The notes beneath the pieces were generated by a model, which was not told the origin of the DNA, searched no databases, and saw nothing but the letters and a program-made list of their open reading frames with translations. DNA of 64,000 nucleotides from Mobula hypostoma (Eukaryota): the NCBI RefSeq assembly GCF_963921235.1, contig NC_086097.1, positions 99,760,001 through 99,824,000 on the forward strand, in the 5' to 3' direction. The stretch's first letter is position 1, and every line of letters begins with the position of its first letter. Position numbers and translations under genes: made by a program. Below, in pieces: positions 10,938 through 22,223 of this stretch.

Positions 10938-12116
10938 TGTTTGTATGTTAAATTTAAAATGGCTTCTTTGTTATGTTAATCTTTTAAATTGCTGCGTATG
11001 TGGATTAAAGTGGCTTCTATGTTATGTTAAGTGCTGAGAAAGTCTCTCCCTAGACAGTTGCTTGGGTTAATACAGATAGCAGGGTGCTATTAGCCAATGG
11101 GTGGTCATGTATCATTTTGTTTTCGGATATAATGCTGTATCATATGACTGGGGACGAGGTTTTGGCGGGGAGTCGGAGGAGAGACGGGGAGGACGGTGGA
11201 TGGGGCTTTTTACGGGGTCAGAGGAGAGACGAGGAGGACGGTGGACAGGGAGTCAGAGGAGAGACGAGGAGGACGGTGGACGGGGAGTCAGAGGAGAGAC
11301 GAGGAGGACGGTGGACGGGGAGTCAGAGGAGAGACGGGGAGGACGGTGGACGGGGTTTTTGGCAGGGAGTCGGAGGAGAAACGAGGAGGACGGGGAGTCA
11401 GAGGAGAGACAGGGAGGGCGGTGGACGGGGCGTCAGAGGAGAGACGGGGAGGACGGTAGACGGGGAGTCAGAGGAGAGACAGGGAGGGCGGTGGACGGGG
11501 AGTCAGAGGAGAGACGGGGAGGACGGCGGACGGGGAGTCAGAGGAGAGACGGGGAGGGCGGTGGACGGGGAGTCAGAGGAGAGACGGGGAGGACGGTGGA
11601 CAGGGAGTCAGAGGAGAGACGGGGAGGATGGTGGACAGGGTTTTTGGCAGGGAGTCGGAGGAGAAACGAGGAGGACGGGGAGTAAGAGGAGAGACGGGGA
11701 GGACGGCGGACGGGGAGTCAGAGGAGAGACGGGGAGGACGGCGGACGGGCGGAAAGGCTCCGGTCAATCATTTGGGGTGGGGGGAGTCCCAAGCCGTGAG
11801 TCGACAGGGTCCGGGTGGTCGTCAGGAATCGACTGAGCTCCAACTCGTGCACGAAGAACTTGGACTTTGATAAGTCCGGCACCTTTTTTTTTTCCATTAC
11901 TTCCTTTTCTGTATCAAACTGATGTTAATTTCACAGACTTAGTAATATCTATAAAGTGTAGTGGGTAAAACATACTGTGTGTGCTGGCTGATGATTGATG
12001 TTCGGGACTGATTTGGGAGGCAGTGGTCCAGCAACTGACCCAGCAGGAGGTGTCCAGGCCAGTGCCGGGCGGGATTTCCCCTAGACATATACCAGCCAAT
12101 ATAGCTGAGCGTTACA
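10938..12116 (+). mobile_element. Solo LTR containing a minisatellite
   Basis: TGT...TTACA termini and imperfect 4-bp TSD (ACAG/AGAG). CCAAT at 11094 and TATAAT at 11128. No adjacent internal coding sequence. Confidence 0.7.
11167..11748 (+). repeat. 35-bp G-rich minisatellite, about 16 units with variants
   Basis: Unit GGGGAGTCAGAGGAGAGACGGGGAGGACGGTGGAC; consecutive starts at 11282 and 11317. Confidence 0.95.
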
Positions 12117-12953
12117 AGAGCATCAGCTGTTACCTGATGAGTATTTCTGGCATTTTTCATTTATTATTTTAAGATACAGCTCATTAAGTTTTCATTATCA
12201 CAATTTTTCTAAACTTGCCTTTGTCAGTTTTGATTTGTTCCCATTAAATATTGTACTTCTGTTCTGATAACCAAATTAAAAAGAAAAAAAATTAGTAGTA
12301 ATATAGATTGATAAAAATTTTATCACTTAATTATGGGTATTGCTGCATATTTTAAAAAGCGCTTTGTATTCCTTATGCGGGCATCAGCTGACTGGACCTC
12401 CCATGATTTAGGCAGACTCAGAGGGCAGACTCAGACTCTTGACAGCTCCTGGCTCCAAAGCAAAAAGACAAACTAAGGCCCCTGTGAACCAATTCACATT
12501 CTGAAAGGACCATTGCATAAGGGACAAGAATCAATATTGTGCTTTGATATTTTACATTCTGTACTGCTCAGTGCTGAATAAACTCCACAGCCACATTAAG
12601 GATTTACCTCCCTCTCCCAGTTTCCCCCCAGTGCATCAATCTCTTTTGTCGCTCTTCCCTTAGTAATCTAGTCTGTCCACCACTACCCTTAACTTTTCCC
12701 TGTATTCTTCTGAATTTGTTGCATGGTATGATGTGACAGGTTAATTGGAAAGCATCAGAAGTGTCACTGGGTGTACAGTCCTCCTTTACAGTCAACAATT
12801 ATCAGGTGGATGCAATTTATTTTGTCAACTGCACTCCGGAAGGATCTAAAAATACAAAACCATGATCAAATACTAATCTACTTCAATTCACTTAGGATTA
12901 TGCTTTCTTTTAAACAAGGTTCTTTTGTAGAACAATGCTTAGAAAAAATAAAC

Positions 12954-12959
12954 TTTATT
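12954..12959 (-). terminator. NDUFAF1: Likely NDUFAF1 polyadenylation signal AATAAA
   Basis: TTTATT on the plus strand, 160 nt downstream of the stop codon. Confidence 0.7.
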
Positions 12960-13118
12960 ACAAGTTCTTTGTACACATTTGCTCCTGCAAGGCCGGATGA
13001 GTTTTGTTGCTCTCTGTGGATGCAGAGCTAAACACTGCTCTCAAAGAGGCTCAGCAAACAGCAGTTAGTCTGTCAAACAGAACCATGTGGAGGCACTCCT
13101 CTCCACACTCCACCCCAG

Positions 13119-13259
13119 TTACACCTCGGGATTCCTCTTGTACTTCTCATAGGCAAACTCCTCGGTGTGAGCTCGGTCATTGAACACCGCAATGAAATCA
13201 ATTTCAAGCTGAAACGGCCCATCCACTTGATCGCCCAACGTGAAGCCAATGGTACTTAT
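13119..13259 (-). CDS. NDUFAF1: NDUFAF1 (complex I assembly factor CIA30), coding exon 4 (last)
   Basis: CAG acceptor; [46 protein letters not shown] then TAA. Confidence 0.95.
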   Translation of the reverse strand: MSTIGFTLGDQVDGPFQLEIDFIAVFNDRAHTEEFAYEKYKRNPEV

Positions 13260-13784
13260 CTGGAAGAAACCAAAGCAATACAGCTATTGCCATCTATACA
13301 GTACGTTCTACTGTAAGGATGTGCAAACCCTCTGGCTTCCCTATCATGACTTTGTGATCAGCTACTATTATTTCAATCACCTTCAAGTCTGGATCCCCAG
13401 TCAAATACGGTTTGTATCAACAGTTAACCTTAATCACTTTACCAGGCAAACACAGGAATGTGATGATTCCCACCCTTTATTCATACTCACAAAATACCAA
13501 AAGCTGTTATTCTTGACAACCTCAACCTTCTCCATGCAATTACAACACTGCAGATGATTACTGCCAGAGGCTTCCTAATAATCCTGGTGACATCGCAATA
13601 CGCTAAAGGAGAAATGTGGCAGAAATTTTAACTGTAAAATTACAGACTACTGCCGAAGAGGGATGGCAAAAAGGATGATGTGCTGCAAATGGGACACCGC
13701 AGCCATTTTCCATTACACACCTCAAAGCCCATTCTCTCCTGTCTATAACCCACAGTAGCTCTGGCAATGATTCAACGGTTCATC

Positions 13785-14035
13785 ACAGAATGCAGCTAAT
13801 GGAGCCCCTCCTTCACAGCTCCAGTGACTCAGGTTCGATCCCAACCTTGGAGTTTGCACATTCTCCCTCTGACACTGTGGCTTTCCCCAGGTGCTCCAGA
13901 TTCCTTCTACATCCCAGATTAGTCACTAATATTCAGTCCAATGGTATAAATTGGGAAGAGCTGACGAGAATGTGGGGAGAATGATTTAATGTAGGATTAG
14001 AGTAACTGGGTTAAAGAGGCCTTTCCATCCTGTAT
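13785..14035 (+). mobile_element. Decayed tRNA-derived V-domain SINE
   Basis: Box B GGTTCGATCCC followed by V-domain-like GGAGTTTGCACATTCTCC...GGTGCTCC. Confidence 0.6.
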
Positions 14036-14389
14036 ATTGCACTGAAGACCCAAACTCTGGTCGGTTACGTTTCACAGGCAGACCTCCACTTTGCCACTTA
14101 TAAAATATTTTTATGCAATTCACTATGTCTGACTGGTGGAATTGTTTTTATGAGTTAAAAATAAAGGTTCACCAATGCTTTGTGTGTCCAGAGGGCTGCT
14201 CTAAATGCCATTCCACAATGTTCAGAACTTGGATCCTTATTCAAGTACAATTTATTTTGTATCTACAGCAGGGTTTGAGGCACAACAGAGACATTTGCAG
14301 ACTTTACAAATGTTGGGTAAATAGTTGAGAAAGACTCCAAGTAGCCTAGTAAACTGAAAAAATAAACACACATGGTAAATGGAACATAC

Positions 14390-14575
14390 AGAGACACTAG
14401 AATGCAGATGCTGGATCTGGAGCAACACACAAGATGCTGGATGAACTTAATGGTCAAGCAGTATCCGGTGGACAGTCAACATTTCAGGTTGAGGTCCTTC
14501 ATCTGAACCAATATGTTGACTCAATTTCCCTCCATAGATGCTGCTCGACTCCTCCAACATCTTGTGTGTTGCAAC
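14390..14575. mobile_element. Short Penelope-tail-derived repeat
   Basis: GCAGATGCTGG...GATGCTG motifs and a degenerate hammerhead remnant shared with the Penelope tails. Confidence 0.5.
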
Positions 14576-14599
14576 TGGAACTTAACCAAGATAAGAACG

Positions 14600-15550
14600 A
14601 CATGAGGAAGAGGAATTTTTTCAGGCAGAGGGTGGTGAATCTGGAATTCATTGACACAAATCGCTGTGGAGGCCAAGTCATTGGGTATATTCAAAGCGGA
14701 GGTTGGTAGGCTCTTGACTGGTAAAAGTGGACAAGATTATGGGGAGAAGGATAATATATCAGCCATGATGGAACGGCGGAGCAGACTTGATGGGCTGAAT
14801 GGCCTAATTCTGCTCCTATATCTTATGGCCTTGTGAAATGTGCTGCTGAGGATGCAAGGCATATAGAAAACTAGCTTTACAGCAGGATTTAAGTGGGGAG
14901 AATTATTCTCCTTGGAACAGAGGTGATTAATGGGAGATAAATAAGTTTCATAAAATTATGAGGGGGTGGTTAGAGATATGAAAATGATCCGTTTCTCTTA
15001 ACATGGGGTCATAAATCTGCAGGCATTCATTTGAAGTCTTTGGTAGAAGGATTGGAGGAGGAGAACTTCACCCAGAGGGTTGTAGAGATCTGGAACACAT
15101 TGGAGGCAGTCCAATGGAGTTTCGCTAAGCTAATTCCTGGAATGATAAGGTTATCCTATCATCAGAGGCTCAACAGTTTGAGCATATATTCCTTGGTGTT
15201 GAGAAGAACAAGAGTGATCTTACTGAAACATACAATATCTTAAGTGGATGTGACAGTGTAGACTTTGCGTTGTTTTCATTGGTGGAAGGATTTAGAGTCG
15301 GGAGGGTGGAGCTGGCCATTTAAAAATGAGGTACACAGATATTTTTTCTCTCGGATGGTAGAATGTTTCTGGAATTCTCTACCCCAAAAGACTGTGGAGG
15401 GTGGATCACTGGAAGTGAAGGTAGATCATTATTTGAAAGGCTATCGGGATGAGACACGGAGGAGTGGAGGCCAGGGGTAGCTCAGCCATGATCATACTGA
15501 ACGACAGGGCAGGTTTGTGTGGTTGACTCCTGGTGCTATTGTCTTGTGTA
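14600..15550 (+). mobile_element. Cluster of CR1 LINE 3' fragments
   Basis: FFRQRVVNL-type ORF2 C-terminus and GGCCTAATTCTGCTCCT tail, similar to 27830-28040. Confidence 0.7.
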
Positions 15551-15746
15551 CTTCTGCCTGAAAGGGTGCTGGAAGTGGAAAGCCTCATCACATTTCAACT
15601 GGAATGCATAATGGAAGGACCCTAATCTGTGCGGCTACACTCCTAGCGCTGGGGAAATGGTACAGACATGACAGGCTCCTTTGTTATAAATCTACGGTTT
15701 AGAGAAACATTCCGGCTACTAATACAATCGGATGCTGATTCCCTAC

Positions 15747-15821
15747 CTTATCCAGCCATAATGGGTGCTGATGGTCCTGGATCCGCCCTTGACTGGACAA
15801 AAAGAACTTGGAGAATGGAAT
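15747..15821 (-). CDS. NDUFAF1: NDUFAF1 coding exon 3
   Basis: 75 nt, CAG/GT boundaries, IPFSKFFLSSQGRIQDHQHPLWLDK. Confidence 0.95.
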
Positions 15822-16179
15822 CTGAAAACCAGCAAACAGATGGGAGACTTTAAAGTTTCCTTTGGGTTTCAGGAAAAGCAAGAGACTGAGATTTCTCCAT
15901 TTGCCCTTAGCAGCAACTCTATCCAAATTGGGATTCCCCCCTCCTGTCCTGAGTAGGGAATGAAGCTCTCTAGGAAAGCTCCTGACAGACTGCTATTGCA
16001 GTCAAAATTGAGATATCTGCTTTATTAAAGGGGAGAACTGTGCCTTCCTCAGCACTGGGTGTCCCCTTACCTAGGGTGACAGCTCAAGCTGCTGGTTGAG
16101 CTTATGATGACCTGTGTCTTTTGAAGACTGAGGTGGTTCTAGGTGTCACTGAACATACTGAAGGTGTACTGTTATAAAT

Positions 16180-16715
16180 ATATCCTGTCTGGCTGCATCA
16201 TGGCCTGGAATGGTCATTTGAATGTACATGCTGCAGAAAGTAGTGGAGTCAGCCCAATACATCATTGACATCTCTCCGCACCGTTGAACACTGCCTCAGG
16301 AAAGCAGCACCGATCAGAGACTCCCAACATCCAGGCCATGCTCTCTTCTCGCTACTACCATCGGGCAGAAGGTACAGGAGCCTCAGGTCTCAAACCACCA
16401 GGTTCAGGAACATTTATTACCCTACAACCATCAGGCTCTTGAACAGGCGTGGATAACTTCACTTAGCTCGATTCTGAACTGATCCCACAACCTAATGACA
16501 CACTTTCAAGGTCTCTGCAACTCTGTGTTATTGTTTTGTTTTTATTTGCACCTTTTATCTTCTTTTGCACACTGATGTTTATCAGTCCTTGTGTGTGGTT
16601 TTTCATCAATTCTATTACATGTATTTTATTTTCCTGTAAATGCCTGCAAGAAAATGCATCAAGGTAGTATATGATGATATATGTACCCTGATAATAACTT
16701 TACTTAGATTTTGAA
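16180..16715 (+). mobile_element. Rex1/Babar-type LINE 3' fragment
   Basis: HPGHALFSLLPSGRRYRSL...PTTIRLLN C-terminus plus a T-rich 3' UTR. Confidence 0.75.
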
Positions 16716-17156
16716 GGCACAAGGTGCCATTTCAAGAAGGTAACATCTATCCGTATTAATAAATAAATCAAAGATCCCCACCATCCAGACCGTGGATCGG
16801 ACAGGAGGCATAGAAACCCAAAACCCCACACCACCAGGTTCAAGAACAGCTACTTCCCCGCCACCTTCTGGCCCTTGAATCTACCTGCTCTACCCTAATT
16901 ACTACCCCAACAAACCAGCTCACTCTGAGACCGACTTTGTTTATCTTAGAACCACTCGTGCTCTCTGGAATAATTGACGTTTCAGTGCATGTCTTTGCTG
17001 TGAATGCGGCAATGGTGTCTGTGATGCTGTGCATACATGTAGTTGCTCATGTGACAATAAACTTGGCTTTGACATCCAGAAACATCCACTGGGCTCCTGC
17101 GCCCTGGATAAATTCATGGTTTTCCTGCGAGGACGCCACCTGGCAGAGTATCTCAC

Positions 17157-17342
17157 CTTCACGTCCTGCCAGTAGGGACCTCCTCGAGTGAACATGAAAT
17201 AGTTGTAGAGGTCATTCTTGTGATGGGTGTAGTACATGCCGCTGCTAATGTTCACCATCCAGGGCCTCCCGTCTCCTCTCACACGGAGGTGCAGCGTGTT
17301 AAAGTTCGACAGGTCATAGTACTTCTTCGTGTCAAAGGGCCC
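17157..17342 (-). CDS. NDUFAF1: NDUFAF1 coding exon 2
   Basis: 186 nt, CAG/GT boundaries, GPFDTKKYYDLSNFNTLHLRVRGDGRPWMVN...TRGGPYWQDVK (CIA30 domain). Confidence 0.96.
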
Positions 17343-18040
17343 CTGCAAGACGGACCAGGTGAGCAGAGAATGGCGAGATGGTGGGAAGGGCGGCGAGAGG
17401 CGGGAGTAGGGTCACAAGGGGGAAGGAGAACTGACCTTGAGCGGCCTGGACCTCAGGGTGCAGTAGCCGCTGTAGCGGGTCTCGCCATCCCGGGGCGGCT
17501 CGGTGCTCAGGTGTCCGGACACCAAGGCCGAGCACCCGTTGCTGCCGACACCGAGCCGCACGCTGCTGCGGCCGCCGATCTCCTGGTCGCTGGACACAAC
17601 CCAGTGCCGCAGGCTGTCGACGCCGCGGAACTGCCAGACGACGCGATTCTGCTCCAGCAGCTCCTGGCGGAGGGAGCGGCCGTCGGGGCCCCGCACTCTC
17701 GCCGCCATCTCCTCCCACGTCAGGCTCCATTGCCGCCGCACCGACTCCACGCCCTCCCGCCAGTCCCAGCGCAGCCACTTCCAGGGCGGCGGCTTGTCCA
17801 CTGGAGCACCCGGCCTCCGGTAGCCGCGACTCAGCCCGGTCGCCGCCGCCGCCCGACCGCGAACCCCGAGCCGGAGGCAGGCCGCCATGCGCGGGCCGGG
17901 AAAGCAGAGCGGAAGGGCGGGGTTTAGCGGCGTGGGCGGGACTTGCCGGGTGACGGACACATGAGAAACCAATGGGAAGGGAGAGGTTTAGAGTCAGGTG
18001 CGCTATCCGCCGTGTATCGGTCTGTCATGTGACTACGAGT
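17330..18040 (-). promoter_or_regulatory. NDUFAF1: CpG island and compact NDUFAF1 promoter
   Basis: CpG-rich. GC boxes GGGCGG near 17916 and 17933, CCGGAA ETS-like site near 17897, CCAAT at 17969. Confidence 0.75.
17436..17888 (-). CDS. NDUFAF1: NDUFAF1 coding exon 1
   Basis: ATG at 17888. Arg-rich presequence-like MAACLRLGVRGRAAAATGLSRGYRRPG, then VWQFRG...WVVSSDQEIGGRS...PRDGETRYSGYC. Donor AAG/GTCAG. All four exons splice in frame (855 nt). Confidence 0.93.
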
Positions 18041-18051
18041 CCAGCTGATCA

Positions 18052-19227
18052 GCGCAAACACGAGGAATTCTGCAGATGCTGGAAATTCAAGCAGCACACA
18101 TCAAAGTTGCTGGTGAACGCAGCAGGCCAGGCAGTATCTCTAGGAAGAGGTACAGTCGATGTTTCAGGCCGATACCCTTCGTCAGGACTAACTGAAGGAA
18201 GAGTGAGTAAGGGATTTGAAAGTTGGAGGGGGAGGGGGAGATCCAAAATGATAGGAGAAGACAGGAGGGGGAGGGATAGAGCCGAGAGCTGGACAGGTGA
18301 TAGGCAAAAGGGGATATGAGAGAATCATGGGACAGGAGGTCCGGGAAGAAAGATGGGGAGGGGGGACCCAGAGGATGGGCAAGGGGTATATTCAGAGGGA
18401 CAGAGGGAGAAAAAGGAGAGAGAGAGAGAAAGAATGTGTGTATATAAATAAATAACGGATGGGGTACGAGGGGGAGGTGGGGCATTAGCGGAAGTTAGAG
18501 AAGTCGATGTTCATGCCATCAGGTTGGAGGCTACCCAGACGGAATATAAGGTGTTGTTCCTCCAACCTGAGTGTGGCTTCATCTTTACAGTAGAGGAGGC
18601 CGTGGATGCACATATCAGAACGGGAATGGGATGTGGAATTAAAATGTGTGGCCACTGGGAGATCCTGCTTTCTCTGGCGGACAGAGCGTAGGTGTTCAGC
18701 AAAACGGTCTCCCAGTTTGCGTCGGGTCTCGCCAATGTATAGAAGGCCACATCGGGAGCACTGGACGCAGTATATCACCCCAGTCGACTCACAGGTGAAG
18801 TGTTGCCTCACCTGGAAGGACTGTCTGGGGTCCTGAATGGTGGTAAGGGAGGAAGTGTAAGGGCATGTGTAGCACTTGTTCCGCTTACAAGGATAAGTGC
18901 CAGGAGGGAGATCAGTGGGGAGGGATGGGGGGGATGAATGGACAAGGGAGTCACGTAGGGAGTGATCCCTGCGGAAAGCGGCGGGGGGGGGGAGGGAAAG
19001 ATGTGCTTAGTGATGGGATCCCGTTGGAGGTGGCGGAAGTTATGGAGAATAATATGTTGGACCCGGAGGGTGGTGGGGTGGTAGGTGAGGACCAGGGGAA
19101 CCCTATTCCTAGTGGGGTGGCGGGAGGATGGAGTGAGAGCAGATGTGCGTGAAATGGGGGAGATGCGTTTGAGAGCAGAGTTGATGGTGGAGGAAGGGAA
19201 GCCCCTTTCTTTAAAAAAGGAGGACAT
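18052..19227 (-). mobile_element. 5'-truncated Penelope-like element with GIY-YIG endonuclease region and tail
   Basis: GVIYCVQCSRCGLLYIGETRRKLGDRFAEHLRS...LRLEEQHLIFRLGSLQPDGMN (18485-18811). Confidence 0.92.
18153..18189 (-). ncRNA. Minimal type I hammerhead ribozyme in the Penelope tail
   Basis: Minus strand AGTC-CTGACGA-AGGGTATCGGCCT-GAAA-C-ATC-GACT: stem I, CUGANGA core, stem II, GAAA and an NUC cleavage triplet. Confidence 0.75.
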
Positions 19228-19870
19228 GTCCCTCCACCTGGAATGAGCACCATTGGAAAAGTTGAGGAGTACGGTGATTCACAATACCCCCAGAACGTAC
19301 GTTTGAACGGTTCTATCGCAGCAACCGACATCACTGAGCCAAATAAAAAAGCCAGCGTCTCACTCAGTGTATGCAGTCCAAAAACATACAAAATTTGGTG
19401 AGTCCCGATTTGCCTTCTTCGAAATCTTATGGGGAACTTGTAAGATTAATTGGGTCTCACTACAATCCATCAGCTGTATGCAACGCTTTACATTCAACAT
19501 TCGTATTCTGTTAGAAAATGAACCGGTAGCAGTAGTTGCTGAATTAAGAAAATGGACTGAATTTTTGTTGTGATTGGCACTTTTCCAGAAGATGTGATAC
19601 GGGATCGCTTGGTTGTCGGTGAGCGTGATGTTCGCATTCAACTTCGCCTGTTGGCAGTCAGAGATCACACTTAAATCAGTCTTCGATATTGAAAATTAGC
19701 AGATAAAGCATGCAAGTTTGTTGCAACAGTGCAAAGTGCAAGGAGAGGTGTCGTCCCCATCACCTACAACTGCAGCAGATTATACTGAGGTTAACAAGAC
19801 ATCCCTAGCTAAGAAAATAGGGAATTATACTCCAGGGTTCCGATGCTACCATTGCGGTGAGTTTCCCCCT

Positions 19871-21315
19871 ATCATCGTCATCATCAGGTGCCATGCCCAG
19901 TTTGGGTTTTGACTGTCATGGCTCACACACTCCTGTTCCGGATCAAGTGGTTCAATTCATTGGTATTCATTTCCAGTTCTCTGGCTGCTGTCTCCATCAT
20001 CATTTGTCTTTGCCTTCCTCTTGCTTTTTTCCCTTCAATCTTTCCCATAATTACAGTGCACTCTAACTCCTCTTTCCTAATCACATGTCCAATGAAGTTA
20101 CATTACCTTTTCATGATCTCATACATTATTTCTCTTTTTGTGCTTGCCCTGTTCATGACATCCTTGTTAGATATTTGTTTCGTCCATGATATTCTTTGCA
20201 TCCTCTTCAAAAACCACATCTCTGCTGCTTCAGTTCATTTCCTCATGTTACTAGATATTGTCCAACATTCTGATCCATATAACATAACTGGATAAACATA
20301 ACATTTCAGTACTCTGAGATGGGTTGTCATGCCTAGTTTAGTGTTGGTCAGTATACTCTTCATTCTCGTAAAGGTGTCTTTTGCCATCCCGATTCTTTTG
20401 ATGCCCATGTCGCACCTGCCATCTGATGTCACCCAGCTTCCTAAGTAACAAAAATTCTGTACTTGTTTTATGTCTTCCCTGTTTATTCTCTGCCTCCAGA
20501 TAGGATTCTCGTTTTTGGATATCAGCATACATTGTCTTTTTGTGATTGACAGATAGACCCATTTTTTCACTTTCTTCAACAACTATATCAATTAAGTTTT
20601 GCAGTTCTTCCTCCGTACTTGCAATTAACACAGTGTCATCCGCATATCTGAAATTATTGATGTTTTCACCGCCAACTTTGATTCCCAAGATGTCTATTAT
20701 TTTTTGTAATATTGTTTTTTTGTAGTATTGTACACATTAGATAAATCAGGGGAGAAAACACACCCCTGTCTAATGCCTCTCTTGATTTTCGTAAACTGAC
20801 TCACTTCTCCACCTATTCTTACAGCGGCAGTTTGTTCCCAGTACAGATTTCTGATTAGGCGGAGGTCTTTCAAATCTAGATCTAGAGTTTCCTGTAATAT
20901 TTCAAATAACTTATTGTGCTTCACTTTATCAAATGCTTTTGTGTAGTCGTTAAAACAAACAAATCTTTTTGCACTTGAATAGCTCGTTCTGATAGTACCC
21001 TTAACATCAATATCGTGTTTCTTGTACCTTTGTCTTTCACAAAACGACATTGTTCTTTACCTATTTCAGCTTGTATCTTACTTTTAGCTCTTGTCATCAA
21101 AATTGTTAGAAGTATCTTAGTGATATGACTCATTAAACTTATGGTCTTATGTAATTCATATTCTATTTCTCCAGGTTTCTTAGGAAGAGTGATAAATACT
21201 GATTTTTTTTAATCTCTTCTGGTATTATTCCAGTCTCACAAATGTCATTGATTAAATCAGTAAGTTTTTCAATTCCATAACCTTCAAGGGCGATATTACT
21301 AATTCATCAGGACCT
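19871..21315 (-). mobile_element. 5'-truncated RTE-clade LINE
   Basis: RT motifs GIRQGCVFSP, NNFRYADDTVLIA, FCYLGS, LYGSECWT; (TGA)n-type tail at 19871-19885. Confidence 0.9.
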
Positions 21316-21679
21316 ATACGGATGGTTTTAAAGATTAATGACAGACCCATTCCCTTTGAACTTGACTCTGGTTGTTCTATACTCCATGCAGTGACAACAT
21401 GTGGGTGGGCTCATGCTTGGCCCTGACACTTACGCCACCGCATTACAGACCGAAGGCTGACACGGGGGAGCAGTTACAGCTGCTTGGCTCTTCTTCAGCT
21501 TGAAAATCAATCGCACCAATTACCAGTGCAGATCACAGAGGAAGAAGGAGTAAATTTACTCGGGTGGGATTGGCTGCAGCAACCACCTGTCCTGAGTGTG
21601 TATCAGATGAAAACGGACATGTTAGTCAAAAGCTTACTCAAGCGGTATAAATTTTTCACAACCCTGGGTACCAAAGCAC

Positions 21680-22223
21680 GTATTCCAGAGTCAGGCACAG
21701 TTCTGGTCACCTCACTACAGGAAGGATGTGGATACTGTAGAGAGAGTGCAGAGGAGATTTACAAAGCATGTTGCCTGGATTGGGGGGGCGTACCTTATGA
21801 GTACAAGTTGAGTGTGCTTGGCCTTTGCTCCTTCGAGCAACTGAGGATGAGAGGTGACCTGATAGAGGTGTATAAGATGATGAGAGGCATTGATTGTGTG
21901 GATAGTCAGAGGCTTGTTCCCAGGGCTGAAATGGCTAATATGAGGGGACACAGTTTTAAGGTGCTTGGAAGTAGGTACAGAATGGATGTCAGGGGTAAGT
22001 TTTCACACAGAAAACTTGGGTGCGTGGAATGCACCGCCAGTGACAATGATGGAGGCGGAAACAACAGGGTCTTTTAGGAGTCTCTTAGATAGGTACATGG
22101 AGCTTAGAAAACTAGAGGGCTATGTGGTAGGGAAATTCTCGGCAGTTTCTAGAGCAGGTTACATGGTCGGCACAACATTGTGGGCCGAAGGGCCTGTAAT
22201 GTGCTGCAGATTTCTATGTTCTA
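21680..22223 (+). mobile_element. CR1 LINE 3' fragment nested in Gypsy pol
   Basis: RMRGDLIEVYKMMRG motif; TTCTATGTTCTA tail. Confidence 0.88.

Noticed and set aside
11084..11870. Long ORFs (250 and 194 aa) and a CRISPR-like periodicity
   Set aside because: The frames are open only because the 35-bp repeat lacks stops. Units are head-to-tail with no unique spacers, in a vertebrate LTR context.
17220..17927. Plus-strand 235-aa ORF and other overlapping ORFs
   Set aside because: GC-rich antisense or alternate-frame shadows of NDUFAF1 exons 1-2.
17924..17962. Upstream ORF MCPSPGKSRPRR before NDUFAF1
   Set aside because: It overlaps the GC boxes and probably lies upstream of the transcription start; no evidence it is transcribed.
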